DNA of 64,000 nt from Acidobacteriota bacterium (GTDB lineage Bacteria; Acidobacteriota; UBA890; WLXD01), in the NCBI GenBank assembly GCA_963666055.2, contig CAXWPH010000012.1:352001-416000 (forward strand). Direction: 5' to 3'. Every line of letters begins with the position of its first letter. Within the stretch, counting starts at the first letter, position 1. Below the pieces are notes generated by a model. That model was given only the letters and a program-made list of their open reading frames with translations. It was not told the DNA's origin and ran no database searches. The position numbers were made by a program, and so were the translations under genes. This document shows positions 48,550-56,823 of this stretch, in pieces.

Positions 48550-50007
48550 TCAGCTCGACGCCCACCGGGTCGCCTCAAACTCCTGAAAGCGTTCTCCCAG
48601 CCGACCCAGGAGTCGCTGCTTGTCGCTCGCCGGCAGAAAGCTGTAGGTAATGCTGTTCAGTGACAGGGTCTTCAGCGTTGGATAAGAAACTTCGTCGTTG
48701 CGCGCCGCCAGTGCGAACTGCTGTTGTAGATCAGAGAACATCGGCCCCGGATCGTCGGTGCACAGCACCACCGGCACACCGGCCGACAAGTACTCGAGCA
48801 ACGGGTGCCCTATGGGCCCGACACCGAGCAACTGCCGATTGCTCTCGAGATTGATCTCGACCGCAACGCCTCGCTGCCGCATCTGCGCCATCAACCGGGT
48901 TGGATCAGGATCGGCGTTCAGCGCCACTGCGTGGCCAACGCGTTGGGCGGCCGCGCCGCCCCCAACAGCCGGCGCGACCGCGAGCGCGATGTGCCGCTCG
49001 GCGCCGAGGAGGCTCGCCAGCGCGACGGTCATCTCTCCGGCGTGCAACGTCCGCTTTACCTCCGGATAGAAGGCCGCCATCTCACCGAACATCTTCATGT
49101 GCAGCTCATAGTCGCTCAGCGACACGGGGTGCGTTTCAGGACCGGCAAGGTTGATACCCACAACAATTGGGCTGGCCTGGGCGATCTCGTACGCCAGTAG
49201 GAGTCGGACGAAGAAGCTCGTCGGGTCCACGGTACGGACGAAGAGTTGCTGAAAGCGCACCAGCGTGTCGCACCCCGAGTCGGGGTGTTCCCCGCTGCAC
49301 CTCAGAATCTGGTCGGAGCGAGCCAGCTCTCGAGATAGCGCCTCCACGGTGCGGTCGCGGATCTCACCCAACGCCGGACGGGCGAGAATCGTCTCCCGAA
49401 GCTCGGCAAGATTATCGTCCCACCCCACCGAGGCGATCAGGCGGGCGCGCGCCTCCGGCACCGGTGTGTAGCCGGTCGACGTCTCGAGATAGACGACGCC
49501 TTGCTGGGCCGCTAACGACCTCGCCGCAGCGAGTACGCGCCCGAAGTCGCGTCGCGCCAGGCCAGACTGTTCGAAGGTCGTGAAAAAGTAGTCGTTGGCC
49601 TGGTTTCGGTCGATCGACGTGTTGTCGGACAGATAATCCAGCATCGACCAGCGCCTCTCGATCTCGCGATGGAAGGCGCCGTCGTCGAGCGCCGCCGCCA
49701 CCGGTCGCGTATCGCCGGTGCAGGGCGGTGCTCGCAGGATCCAGACCGACTCCTGGTCGGTCGGCAGACACAGGCCATCTTCGGCGGCGAGGCGAATGAG
49801 CGCTGCCGGACGAACGCCGCCCGACATGTGGTGGTGCAGGTCGCCGCCCAGTGGCATTCGATCGAGGAACTGGTCAAGCCTGACCGGGTCGTCTCGAATG
49901 CTCTCGAAGTAGGCCGCCGTCGCACCCGTAGCATCGCGCGCCGCCCGACCGCCGCAACCGCCGGCGAGGACAGCCACCGCAAGCACGGTGCCCAGCAGTC
50001 TGATCAT
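48550..50007 (-). CDS. Adenosine/AMP deaminase family lipoprotein
   Basis: Lipobox LAGGC; DLHHHMSG, LHAGE, RVGHA and TDDPG motifs. Confidence 0.85.
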   Translation of the reverse strand: MIRLLGTVLAVAVLAGGCGGRAARDATGATAAYFESIRDDPVRLDQFLDRMPLGGDLHHHMSGGVRPAALIRLAAEDGLCLPTDQESVWILRAPPCTGDTRPVAAALDDGAFHREIERRWSMLDYLSDNTSIDRNQANDYFFTTFEQSGLARRDFGRVLAAARSLAAQQGVVYLETSTGYTPVPEARARLIASVGWDDNLAELRETILARPALGEIRDRTVEALSRELARSDQILRCSGEHPDSGCDTLVRFQQLFVRTVDPTSFFVRLLLAYEIAQASPIVVGINLAGPETHPVSLSDYELHMKMFGEMAAFYPEVKRTLHAGEMTVALASLLGAERHIALAVAPAVGGGAAAQRVGHAVALNADPDPTRLMAQMRQRGVAVEINLESNRQLLGVGPIGHPLLEYLSAGVPVVLCTDDPGPMFSDLQQQFALAARNDEVSYPTLKTLSLNSITYSFLPASDKQRLLGRLGERFQEFEATRWASS

Positions 50008-50408
50008 GTCTACGCGGCGTCGTGGCGCGCCGGACCCGACGCAATCCGCACTCGTGTCGGACTGGAGCAAGAGCACGGTCCACGGCGCGCGGGCCATCAA
50101 GACACCCCCCTTCCGCTGCAGCTCGGCGGCTGACTCATCGGTGCCGCCATTCTACGGAACCGGCGCCCGAATGCACCCTCAAGACGGTGTCCCGCAGTCG
50201 GTGACGACGTCTGGTTGAGCATCCAACGCGGCAAGGGATGGACGCGTGCATTGAAGGAGCCTTCCGTGCGAGAATCCTCACGCTCTCTCGTACGGTCGAT
50301 AGCGACTTCATCGTTCCCGCGTCGGCCCCCATGGTTCGTAGGTCGCCCTCGGGCGAAACTCCAGATGCTGGTGTACAGCGCACTCGAGAACAAAATCAGG
50401 TATTCAAC

Positions 50409-50879
50409 ATGAGAGCGATGCGTTTGACGGTGTTCGCTCTGGCCACAGTTCTCTTCGGGTGTGCCCCGGATACCCCACCGACCGTGAGAATGGCCAACGT
50501 CAAGCAGCTGATGAATGCGGTGATCGAACCTGCTGCCGAGGTCTACTGGGACGCGGTGGGAACGATCATCGACGAGAACGGCATACTGGAGATCGCGCCC
50601 AGCAGCGCCGCAGAGTGGCAGGCGGTGCGCAACGCCGCCGTGGTGATGGCTGAGTCCGGCGACTTGTTGATGATGGAGAGTCGCGCCATAGACCAGGGCG
50701 CATGGACGGCCTTGTCGAGGGCGATGAGCAAGGCAGGAGGTCAGGCGCTCGAGGCGGCGGAAGCTGAGGATACAGACGCTGTCTTTGACGCCGGCGCCGA
50801 AGTCTACTACGCCTGCTCCGCTTGCCACACGGCGTACGCGCCCGAGATTCTCAGGCCAAGCGACATCCGCGACGAGTAG
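50409..50879 (+). CDS. Cytochrome c'-like lipoprotein
   Basis: Lipobox LFGC; helical body; C-terminal CSACH heme-binding motif. Confidence 0.75.
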   Translation: MRAMRLTVFALATVLFGCAPDTPPTVRMANVKQLMNAVIEPAAEVYWDAVGTIIDENGILEIAPSSAAEWQAVRNAAVVMAESGDLLMMESRAIDQGAWTALSRAMSKAGGQALEAAEAEDTDAVFDAGAEVYYACSACHTAYAPEILRPSDIRDE

Positions 50880-50887
50880 GGACAGGA

Positions 50888-51442
50888 GTGATACTGAGTT
50901 TCCTGGAGTGGTTGGGAAGCACCAGCTGGAGCGTGGCGCTCCTGGAGTCTCTCTACGCGTGGCCGCTGCTGGAATCGACCCATGTCCTCAGCCTGGGTCT
51001 GTTTGTCGGCACCGCCGTGATGAACGATCTGCGCTTACTAGGCTGGACCATGAGGCGCGTCCCCGTTTGGGAGATCACTGGGCGGTTGCTGCCCTGGACA
51101 CGGCTAGGCTTCGTCGTGATGGTGATCACCGGGCTGCTGATCTTCTACTCCAATCCCCTCCGCTACTATCACAACATCTTCTTCCGCGTGAAGGTGGGGC
51201 TGCTGATCGTGGCTGGCCTCAACGCGTTCGTCTTCCACCGCGGAGTTCATCGAGGAGTCGCGGAGTGGGGTCGCGCGGCGCTCCCGCCGCGCCAAGCACG
51301 CGTGGCCGGTGCTGTGTCGCTTGTCGCCTGGGCGCTGATCGTCGTCACCGGGCGAATGATCGCCTACAACTGGTTCGACTGCAGCATCCAGCCGCAGGCC
51401 GACTGGGTCAACTGGGCTGCCGGATGCGTGACTCAACCCTAA
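50888..51442 (+). CDS. 4-TM membrane protein (DUF6644-like)
   Basis: WP.LESTHVL.L.L.VG....DLRLLG, ITGLL.F, Y.N..F..K and GRMIAY; AGGAG RBS. Confidence 0.7.
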   Translation: MILSFLEWLGSTSWSVALLESLYAWPLLESTHVLSLGLFVGTAVMNDLRLLGWTMRRVPVWEITGRLLPWTRLGFVVMVITGLLIFYSNPLRYYHNIFFRVKVGLLIVAGLNAFVFHRGVHRGVAEWGRAALPPRQARVAGAVSLVAWALIVVTGRMIAYNWFDCSIQPQADWVNWAAGCVTQP

Positions 51443-51505
51443 CGAGAAGTCGATTGTCCGGAATGGCGGGCTTGCTGCACCGACTGAGGGCGGGGCCGTA
51501 ACGTC

Positions 51506-51979
51506 ATGCTGCTGTGGGTGTTCGAATGGTGCGACGCTACCGCCCTGGGGGCGGCAGTCCGCAACTCGCTGTGGCTGTTTCCAGCCATCGAGGCGGTACA
51601 CTTACTCGGCCTCTCGCTGCTCGGCGGAGCGCTGCTGGTGGTGGACCTACGGCTGCTGGGGGTGGGGCTCAAGAGGCAGACGATCGCGGAGCTAGCCGAG
51701 CAGATGCGTCCGTGGCTGTTGGGCGCGCTCGTGGTGATGGGCATGACAGGACTCCTGTTGTTCCTGTCGGAAGCCATCAAGTGCTACTACAACGACGCCT
51801 TCTGGATGAAGATCACGACGCTGCCGGTGGCGCTGCTGTTCAGCTTCACCGTCCGAGCGCGCGTCGCCGGCACCGGCGGACTCGACGCCTCGATGCGCAC
51901 CCGTCTCGTCGGCGCCATCTCTATCGCGCTCTGGTTCATCGTTGCCGCGGCCGGCCGCTGGATCGGCTTCTCTGGTTAG
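51506..51979 (+). CDS. 4-TM membrane protein (DUF6644-like), paralogue of the upstream gene
   Basis: FPAIEAVHLLGL...VDLRLLG, TGLLLF, Y.N.AF..K and GRWIGF. Confidence 0.7.
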   Translation: MLLWVFEWCDATALGAAVRNSLWLFPAIEAVHLLGLSLLGGALLVVDLRLLGVGLKRQTIAELAEQMRPWLLGALVVMGMTGLLLFLSEAIKCYYNDAFWMKITTLPVALLFSFTVRARVAGTGGLDASMRTRLVGAISIALWFIVAAAGRWIGFSG

Positions 51980-52021
51980 CGGTCGCTGTCCGTCGGCCTG
52001 CCAGTGTCCTCACTCAGGCCA

Positions 52022-52486
52022 CTAGCATCGCCCTCGCGCCCGCCGCTCTCGCAAGCGCTCGGCGTCGTCCGGGGCACCGGTGCCAGACGAGCCCAGGAAG
52101 ATCTTGGTGCCGTCGGCAAATGTAACGTCGCGGCCGTTCGCACGCTTGAGCGAGTGGTCCTTGGTCTGATAACCGTCGACGATGATCTCGGTGCCGTAGG
52201 TCAGGCAATCGCGTCGCAACCCGCGCCGCAGGAGCACGTTCGGTGTGCCGCCCTCTACCATCCACACCACTGTGGTGCCGTCGTCGCTGACGACCTCCAG
52301 ATGAATCCAGGAGTGGGGGTTCACCCACTCGAGCTTCACCACTTTGCCGGCGAGTCGGATCGGCGCGTCGCGGTCAAACTCGGCGCCAAAGGCATGGTGC
52401 GCCACCAGGGGTGCCGCGTACACGAGAGCTGCGAGGACCACGATGCCCCCAATCAGCGTCAGGCGTTTTGTTGGCATTGTATTCAT
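52022..52486 (-). CDS. DUF6152-like exported protein
   Basis: Signal peptide followed by AHHAFGAEFD; EWVNPHSWIHL; W.VEGG.PN.L.RRG. Confidence 0.75.
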   Translation of the reverse strand: MNTMPTKRLTLIGGIVVLAALVYAAPLVAHHAFGAEFDRDAPIRLAGKVVKLEWVNPHSWIHLEVVSDDGTTVVWMVEGGTPNVLLRRGLRRDCLTYGTEIIVDGYQTKDHSLKRANGRDVTFADGTKIFLGSSGTGAPDDAERLRERRARGRC

Positions 52487-53619
52487 CTCGGCACCCTTCC
52501 TTCTTCGGCGGCTCCACGCTCTTGCGCCCGCGCGCCGATCAACACGTTGGACATCGCGTAGTTGGCCTCGTGGCAGGCGTATTCGTAGACCAGATCAGGC
52601 AGCGCCTTGAACGGTACTTGGGCAGTCCATGGACTCGAATAGAAGGCGGGATCGTCCACCGTGAACTCGTAGTTGATGGTGTGCTCATCGACGCGCGTGA
52701 ATCGCTCGGTCACCTTGAAGTGGTCGGAGCCACCGGCGAAATTGCGGTTCCCGTTGAGCTGCTTGCGCGGCAGATTCGTCGTCTCCACGACCAGCGTGTC
52801 GCCTTCCCAGCGACCCCAGGAGTCACCCAGCCAGGGGCGGATGTGCGCCGGCAGCGGCGTGCGCTCACCCAGCCTGATGATGCGCGCGTCGTGCACCATC
52901 TCGGTCATGATCATCACGTGATCGGCAGTCTGCACGATAGTGTAGTTGTTGTTGTAGAAGTAGTTGGGAATCATCGGCGGGCCGGCGTTGGAGCCGAACG
53001 ACAGGAGGCAACGCTCAGCGAGCGGCCGGTTCTCCGGGTTGTCAAAATCGCCGAACTGGGCCTGTTGCGCCTCCAACTCGCTCCGAGCCTTCTCTCCCTC
53101 GGGGCTCAACGGCGGGATGCGGCCGTCCGGCGGGTCGACAACCAGCGAGCTTCGTGGCTCGCCGTCCCAAACCGCCACGCGATCGCCCGGGTCGATGTAG
53201 AAGATGTTGTAGCCACCGGTTCCGCCGGAGGCAGCGTCGTAGAGCGCCGAGGTCTGATCGTAAAGCACCGAGGCCTCATCATCGAGCGAGTCCCCCCAGG
53301 ACACCCCCCCCACCGGCGGTGCCTCGCGATCGGGGTCGCTGTCGGCGGAGTGGATCTCGATGAACGCCGCTCGGTCGCCTTCGAGTGCCGCAACTTGCTC
53401 GGAGGTCAGCGCACGCTCGTATCCGGGCGGTCGCTCTATCAGCGTCATCGTCGCGTTGGTCCAGTTGCCCTGCAGGTCCGGATGGCCATCCGGCGTCCGG
53501 GGCAGGACCCAGGCCTGCGTGGCATCGCCCTGGGTCTGCGCGAGGGCCGGTGATGCAAGCCCCACGGCCAGCGCCACGCAGCCGATCCGCGCCAGCGAGC
53601 TTCGATTCAGAAATTCCAT
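52483..53619 (-). CDS. Exported hypothetical protein of the family found with DUF6152
   Basis: Signal peptide; PRTPDGHPDLQGNW, ERCL, GDSWGRWEGDTLVVETT, TERFTR and YEYACHEAN. Confidence 0.75.
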   Translation of the reverse strand: MEFLNRSSLARIGCVALAVGLASPALAQTQGDATQAWVLPRTPDGHPDLQGNWTNATMTLIERPPGYERALTSEQVAALEGDRAAFIEIHSADSDPDREAPPVGGVSWGDSLDDEASVLYDQTSALYDAASGGTGGYNIFYIDPGDRVAVWDGEPRSSLVVDPPDGRIPPLSPEGEKARSELEAQQAQFGDFDNPENRPLAERCLLSFGSNAGPPMIPNYFYNNNYTIVQTADHVMIMTEMVHDARIIRLGERTPLPAHIRPWLGDSWGRWEGDTLVVETTNLPRKQLNGNRNFAGGSDHFKVTERFTRVDEHTINYEFTVDDPAFYSSPWTAQVPFKALPDLVYEYACHEANYAMSNVLIGARAQERGAAEEGRVPR

Positions 53620-53629
53620 CCCTTTCCCC

Positions 53630-54502
53630 CTACTGACCGACCGGGTGCTTGCGAAGATGCCCGTACAGCAGCTCTTCGACAAACTCCACACACTTGAACT
53701 GACCGAGTCGGGCCTCCGGGTCGATGTTACGGTACAGCGGCATGCGGATCGTCCAAGGGCGCGAGAACGTCTGCGGATCGTCGATGGTGGCCTCGTACCA
53801 GATGTGATCGGGACTCGTCATGTTGTACCGCTCGGTTACCTTCATCGCGCCACTGTGGTGGTTTCCCGCCCGGTCGAACCACGTCTGTTCGATCAAGCCG
53901 GTAACCTCCACGACGAACACATCGCCCTCCCATTGGCCCACCGATTGGCCCATCCAGGAGTCGATCTGCGCCGGGCCCGGGTCTGTGAGATAGATGTCGC
54001 GAACGGCCCCGGCGTACTCGTAGGCGATGAAGAACTTGCTTTCGCTCTGGAAGACTTGAAACGAATGCTGCATGTAGTTGGCCCGCGGCACCCCTGGTAG
54101 ATAGCACTTGATCTCGGGGTCGCGGTCGACCCAGTTGGCGCGATTCTCATTGCGCTTGGCGAGCGCCTCCGGCAGGTAAGGAATCTCACCACCGACGACC
54201 ACACCCTGACCGGAGGGCACGGCGCCGACCGCGCCGAACGCCAGCACCTCGTTCGCCGGCACCGGCACCACCGGACCTGGCTGCAGGGCCAGCGCCGGTC
54301 GGGCCAGATGCGGCTCGATGTCCCAATGCGCGTTGCCCAGCGCCTGCCAGATGCCGTTCATATCGGGCTTGCCTGAGGCGGTTCTGGGAATCTCGGTGCC
54401 CTGAGCGCACCCATAGCTAGCCAACGTTGCAGCTACAAGCAATGTGCCGACGACAGCCCTGCCCACGACACGTACTGGCGATTCAAAGCCGCTCGACATC
54501 AA
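53630..54502 (-). CDS. Exported/lipoprotein hypothetical, paralogue of 52483-53619
   Basis: PRTASGKPDMNGIW, DP..KC..PGVPR, G.SVG.WEGD.FVVE and TIDDP.TFSRPW. Confidence 0.75.
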   Translation of the reverse strand: MMSSGFESPVRVVGRAVVGTLLVAATLASYGCAQGTEIPRTASGKPDMNGIWQALGNAHWDIEPHLARPALALQPGPVVPVPANEVLAFGAVGAVPSGQGVVVGGEIPYLPEALAKRNENRANWVDRDPEIKCYLPGVPRANYMQHSFQVFQSESKFFIAYEYAGAVRDIYLTDPGPAQIDSWMGQSVGQWEGDVFVVEVTGLIEQTWFDRAGNHHSGAMKVTERYNMTSPDHIWYEATIDDPQTFSRPWTIRMPLYRNIDPEARLGQFKCVEFVEELLYGHLRKHPVGQ

Positions 54503-54544
54503 GCAATCCCCTTCCGGTTCACGTTTGGCGTTGAACGGTGCTCG

Positions 54545-55096
54545 TCATTCACCACGAGCGCCAAACGCCAGCAGAACGTTCCCTGCCATCTGTCCGAAGG
54601 AACCATACCCGCTGTTGACGAAGACGAGCCCGGCGGCGACTACCGGCCCGGGGCCGTCGATGGCGCCACCGTTCCCCGGCACGCCGTTCATTGTTTCGAA
54701 CTCACGTACGGTGTCATACTCCCACAGCGTACTCCCGTCTTCCGTAGAATGCGCCCGAATATGCCCGTCCAATCCGCCCGCGAAGACGACCCCGGGAATC
54801 ACGGTTGGAGCGGCGGAGTTTGCCGCGAAACAGCCTTGTTTACCAGCGCAGGTATCCGTTGACGCCTTGGCGCTCCACGCGACATCACCCGTCATCAGGT
54901 CGAGGGCATAGAGGCCCGGAGTGAGCTGCTGCTCGGGGTTGACATCGACGATCACGACCCCGGGTCGATCCGAGTTAGCGGCAAAGACCAGCTGCCCATC
55001 GGTCGCCATGCCCCAGTGGATGCCACCCAGCGCGCTCCCCTTCCCCACCCGTGTAGACCATAGGACTTCCCCGCCGGCGTCTGGATCGAGGGGCAA
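54545..55096 (-). pseudogene. C-terminal fragment of a PQQ-binding beta-propeller dehydrogenase (polyvinyl-alcohol dehydrogenase-like)
   Basis: LDPD..GEVLW, GGIHWGMATDG, VFAGGLDG, GGAIDG.GP and GNVLLAF; an in-frame TAG lies just upstream and the N-terminal part is missing. Confidence 0.75.
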
Positions 55097-55222
55097 GACG
55101 GCATCTGCTGCGCGGCCAGTGTGCTAGCCCAACTCCGCACCTGCAAGGGAACCTCCGTTCCGTCGATGTCCGGGCTAGTCTGGACAGGTCTGGTAGAACG
55201 ACACACGGAGGAGGCTCATAGG

Positions 55223-55681
55223 ATGGAGACCTGGGCTGGCGGCTGCCAATGCGGCGCGATCCGATACGAGCTCGCACCGGCCGAGATACTGACCCTCATC
55301 TGTTGCCATTGCCGCGAGTGTCAGCGGCAATCAGCAAGCGCCTTTGGAATGTCGATCATTCTGCCGCGCTCAGCGTTCAGGCTGCTTCAAGGGACTTTGA
55401 CGAGCTGGGAGCGGCGGTCGGATCGAGGAGCAGTCAACCGAGCGAACTTCTGTCCGACCTGCGGTGTACGGCTGTGTCACGACGGTGGCGACGACAGCGC
55501 CGTTATCAGCGTCAAGGCCGGATCACTGGACGACACCAGTGTGTTGAGTCCCGCCGCCCACATCTGGACCAAGCGTGCGCAGCCTTGGGTGCGCATGCCC
55601 GGCGACGCCTTGTGCTACGAAGGCGAACCCGAAACCGATGACGAGCTATTCGCCGCCTATCGGGGCAGGATTAGTCGTTAG
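55223..55681 (+). CDS. GFA family (CENP-V/glutathione-dependent formaldehyde-activating) protein
   Basis: GGCQCGAIRY, CHCRECQR and FCPTCG; GGAGG RBS. Confidence 0.9.
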   Translation: METWAGGCQCGAIRYELAPAEILTLICCHCRECQRQSASAFGMSIILPRSAFRLLQGTLTSWERRSDRGAVNRANFCPTCGVRLCHDGGDDSAVISVKAGSLDDTSVLSPAAHIWTKRAQPWVRMPGDALCYEGEPETDDELFAAYRGRISR

Positions 55682-55796
55682 CCGGCGGCGGAGCGGGCAG
55701 CGATCGCGACCAAGCTGCAGGCGCCCCTCGTTCCTCGTCGTTGACGCGGGTCGATACATGCAACATCCTCCGGCAACTTTCCATCCGGAGGACCCG

Positions 55797-56333
55797 ATGA
55801 TCTTTGCTCTACACCCGAAGAGCGGCTCGTGTCGAGCGGCGCTCGCGCTCGTCGTCTCGCTCACCGCCTGCGGAGCCCCCGCAGCGCCTCCTACGGCCAG
55901 CATCGATCAGCTCGTCGGGGCGTGGACCCTGGTGTCCTGGGAGCGCACCGCCGAGGACGGCACGGTCACGCAGCCCTACGGCGCAGACGCCGCGGGACAG
56001 ATCGTCTACACGGCCGATGGACGCATGTCGGCGCAGCTGATGCGACCCGGGCGAGAATTCCCCGATCCGCAGTCGGTGACCGGAGAGGAGATGGGGGCCG
56101 CCATCCTCCGGGGCTTCTTCTCCTACTACGGCACCTACGCAGTAGACCAGGAGAACCGTGTGGTTACCCACCATGTACTTGGAGCACTTCTGCCGGACTG
56201 GGTGGGCACACACCGGCCGCGGAGCTTCACGTTCGACGGGCCGGATCGGATAACGCTGAGCACGGCGCCAGACCCCGGCCGCACTGGCGGCGCGATCAGC
56301 GTTCTGGTGTGGGAACGCGTCACCGGCAGCTGA
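55797..56333 (+). CDS. Lipocalin-like domain lipoprotein
   Basis: Lipobox LTAC; LVGAWTLVSW, G.IVYTADGRMS, SYYGTY and LVWER. Confidence 0.8.
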   Translation: MIFALHPKSGSCRAALALVVSLTACGAPAAPPTASIDQLVGAWTLVSWERTAEDGTVTQPYGADAAGQIVYTADGRMSAQLMRPGREFPDPQSVTGEEMGAAILRGFFSYYGTYAVDQENRVVTHHVLGALLPDWVGTHRPRSFTFDGPDRITLSTAPDPGRTGGAISVLVWERVTGS

Positions 56334-56382
56334 GCGACGCCAGATCTACAACCGGTTTCCCACGCCAGTCGTTGACCAACTG

Positions 56383-56435
56383 TATCGAAAGTTGATATAA
56401 CCTCATCATTCGAAGTTCGATATATCTGAACTCGA
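56383..56435. promoter_or_regulatory. Putative PadR operator/promoter
   Basis: AT-rich patch with TATC-N7-GATA and the imperfect palindrome TCGAAGTTC-GATATATC-TGAACTCGA, upstream of padR. Confidence 0.5.
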
Positions 56436-56457
56436 CTGAGAGTTCGGTGAGAGAAGG

Positions 56458-56823
56458 TTGATCAACGTGGCCCAGGTTGCCTCCGCAGCGCAGAAGCCGC
56501 TGACCCCGTCGGTGTTCCAGATTCTGCTGGCGCTCGCCAGCGACGAGATGCATGGCTACGCGATCATGCAGCAGGTGCGCGAGGGCTCGGGCGGGCAGGT
56601 GAAGCTAGGCCCGGGCACGCTCTACTACTCGATCCAGCGCATGCTCGACAAGGGGCTGATCGCGGCGGCCAAGGAGCGGCCTGCGCCGGACGCCGACGAC
56701 GAGCGGCGCATCTACTACCGCATCACCGAAGCGGGTCGCCGAGTAGCCGAGGCGGAGTCGCGACGTCTCGCTGACTTGGTGAAGCTGGCACGCGATCGCG
56801 ACTTTCTGCCGGACGAGTCCTGA
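56458..56823 (+). CDS. PadR family transcriptional regulator
   Basis: FQILLAL, HGYAIMQ, GPGTLY and RRIYYRITEAG motifs. Confidence 0.92.
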   Translation: MINVAQVASAAQKPLTPSVFQILLALASDEMHGYAIMQQVREGSGGQVKLGPGTLYYSIQRMLDKGLIAAAKERPAPDADDERRIYYRITEAGRRVAEAESRRLADLVKLARDRDFLPDES

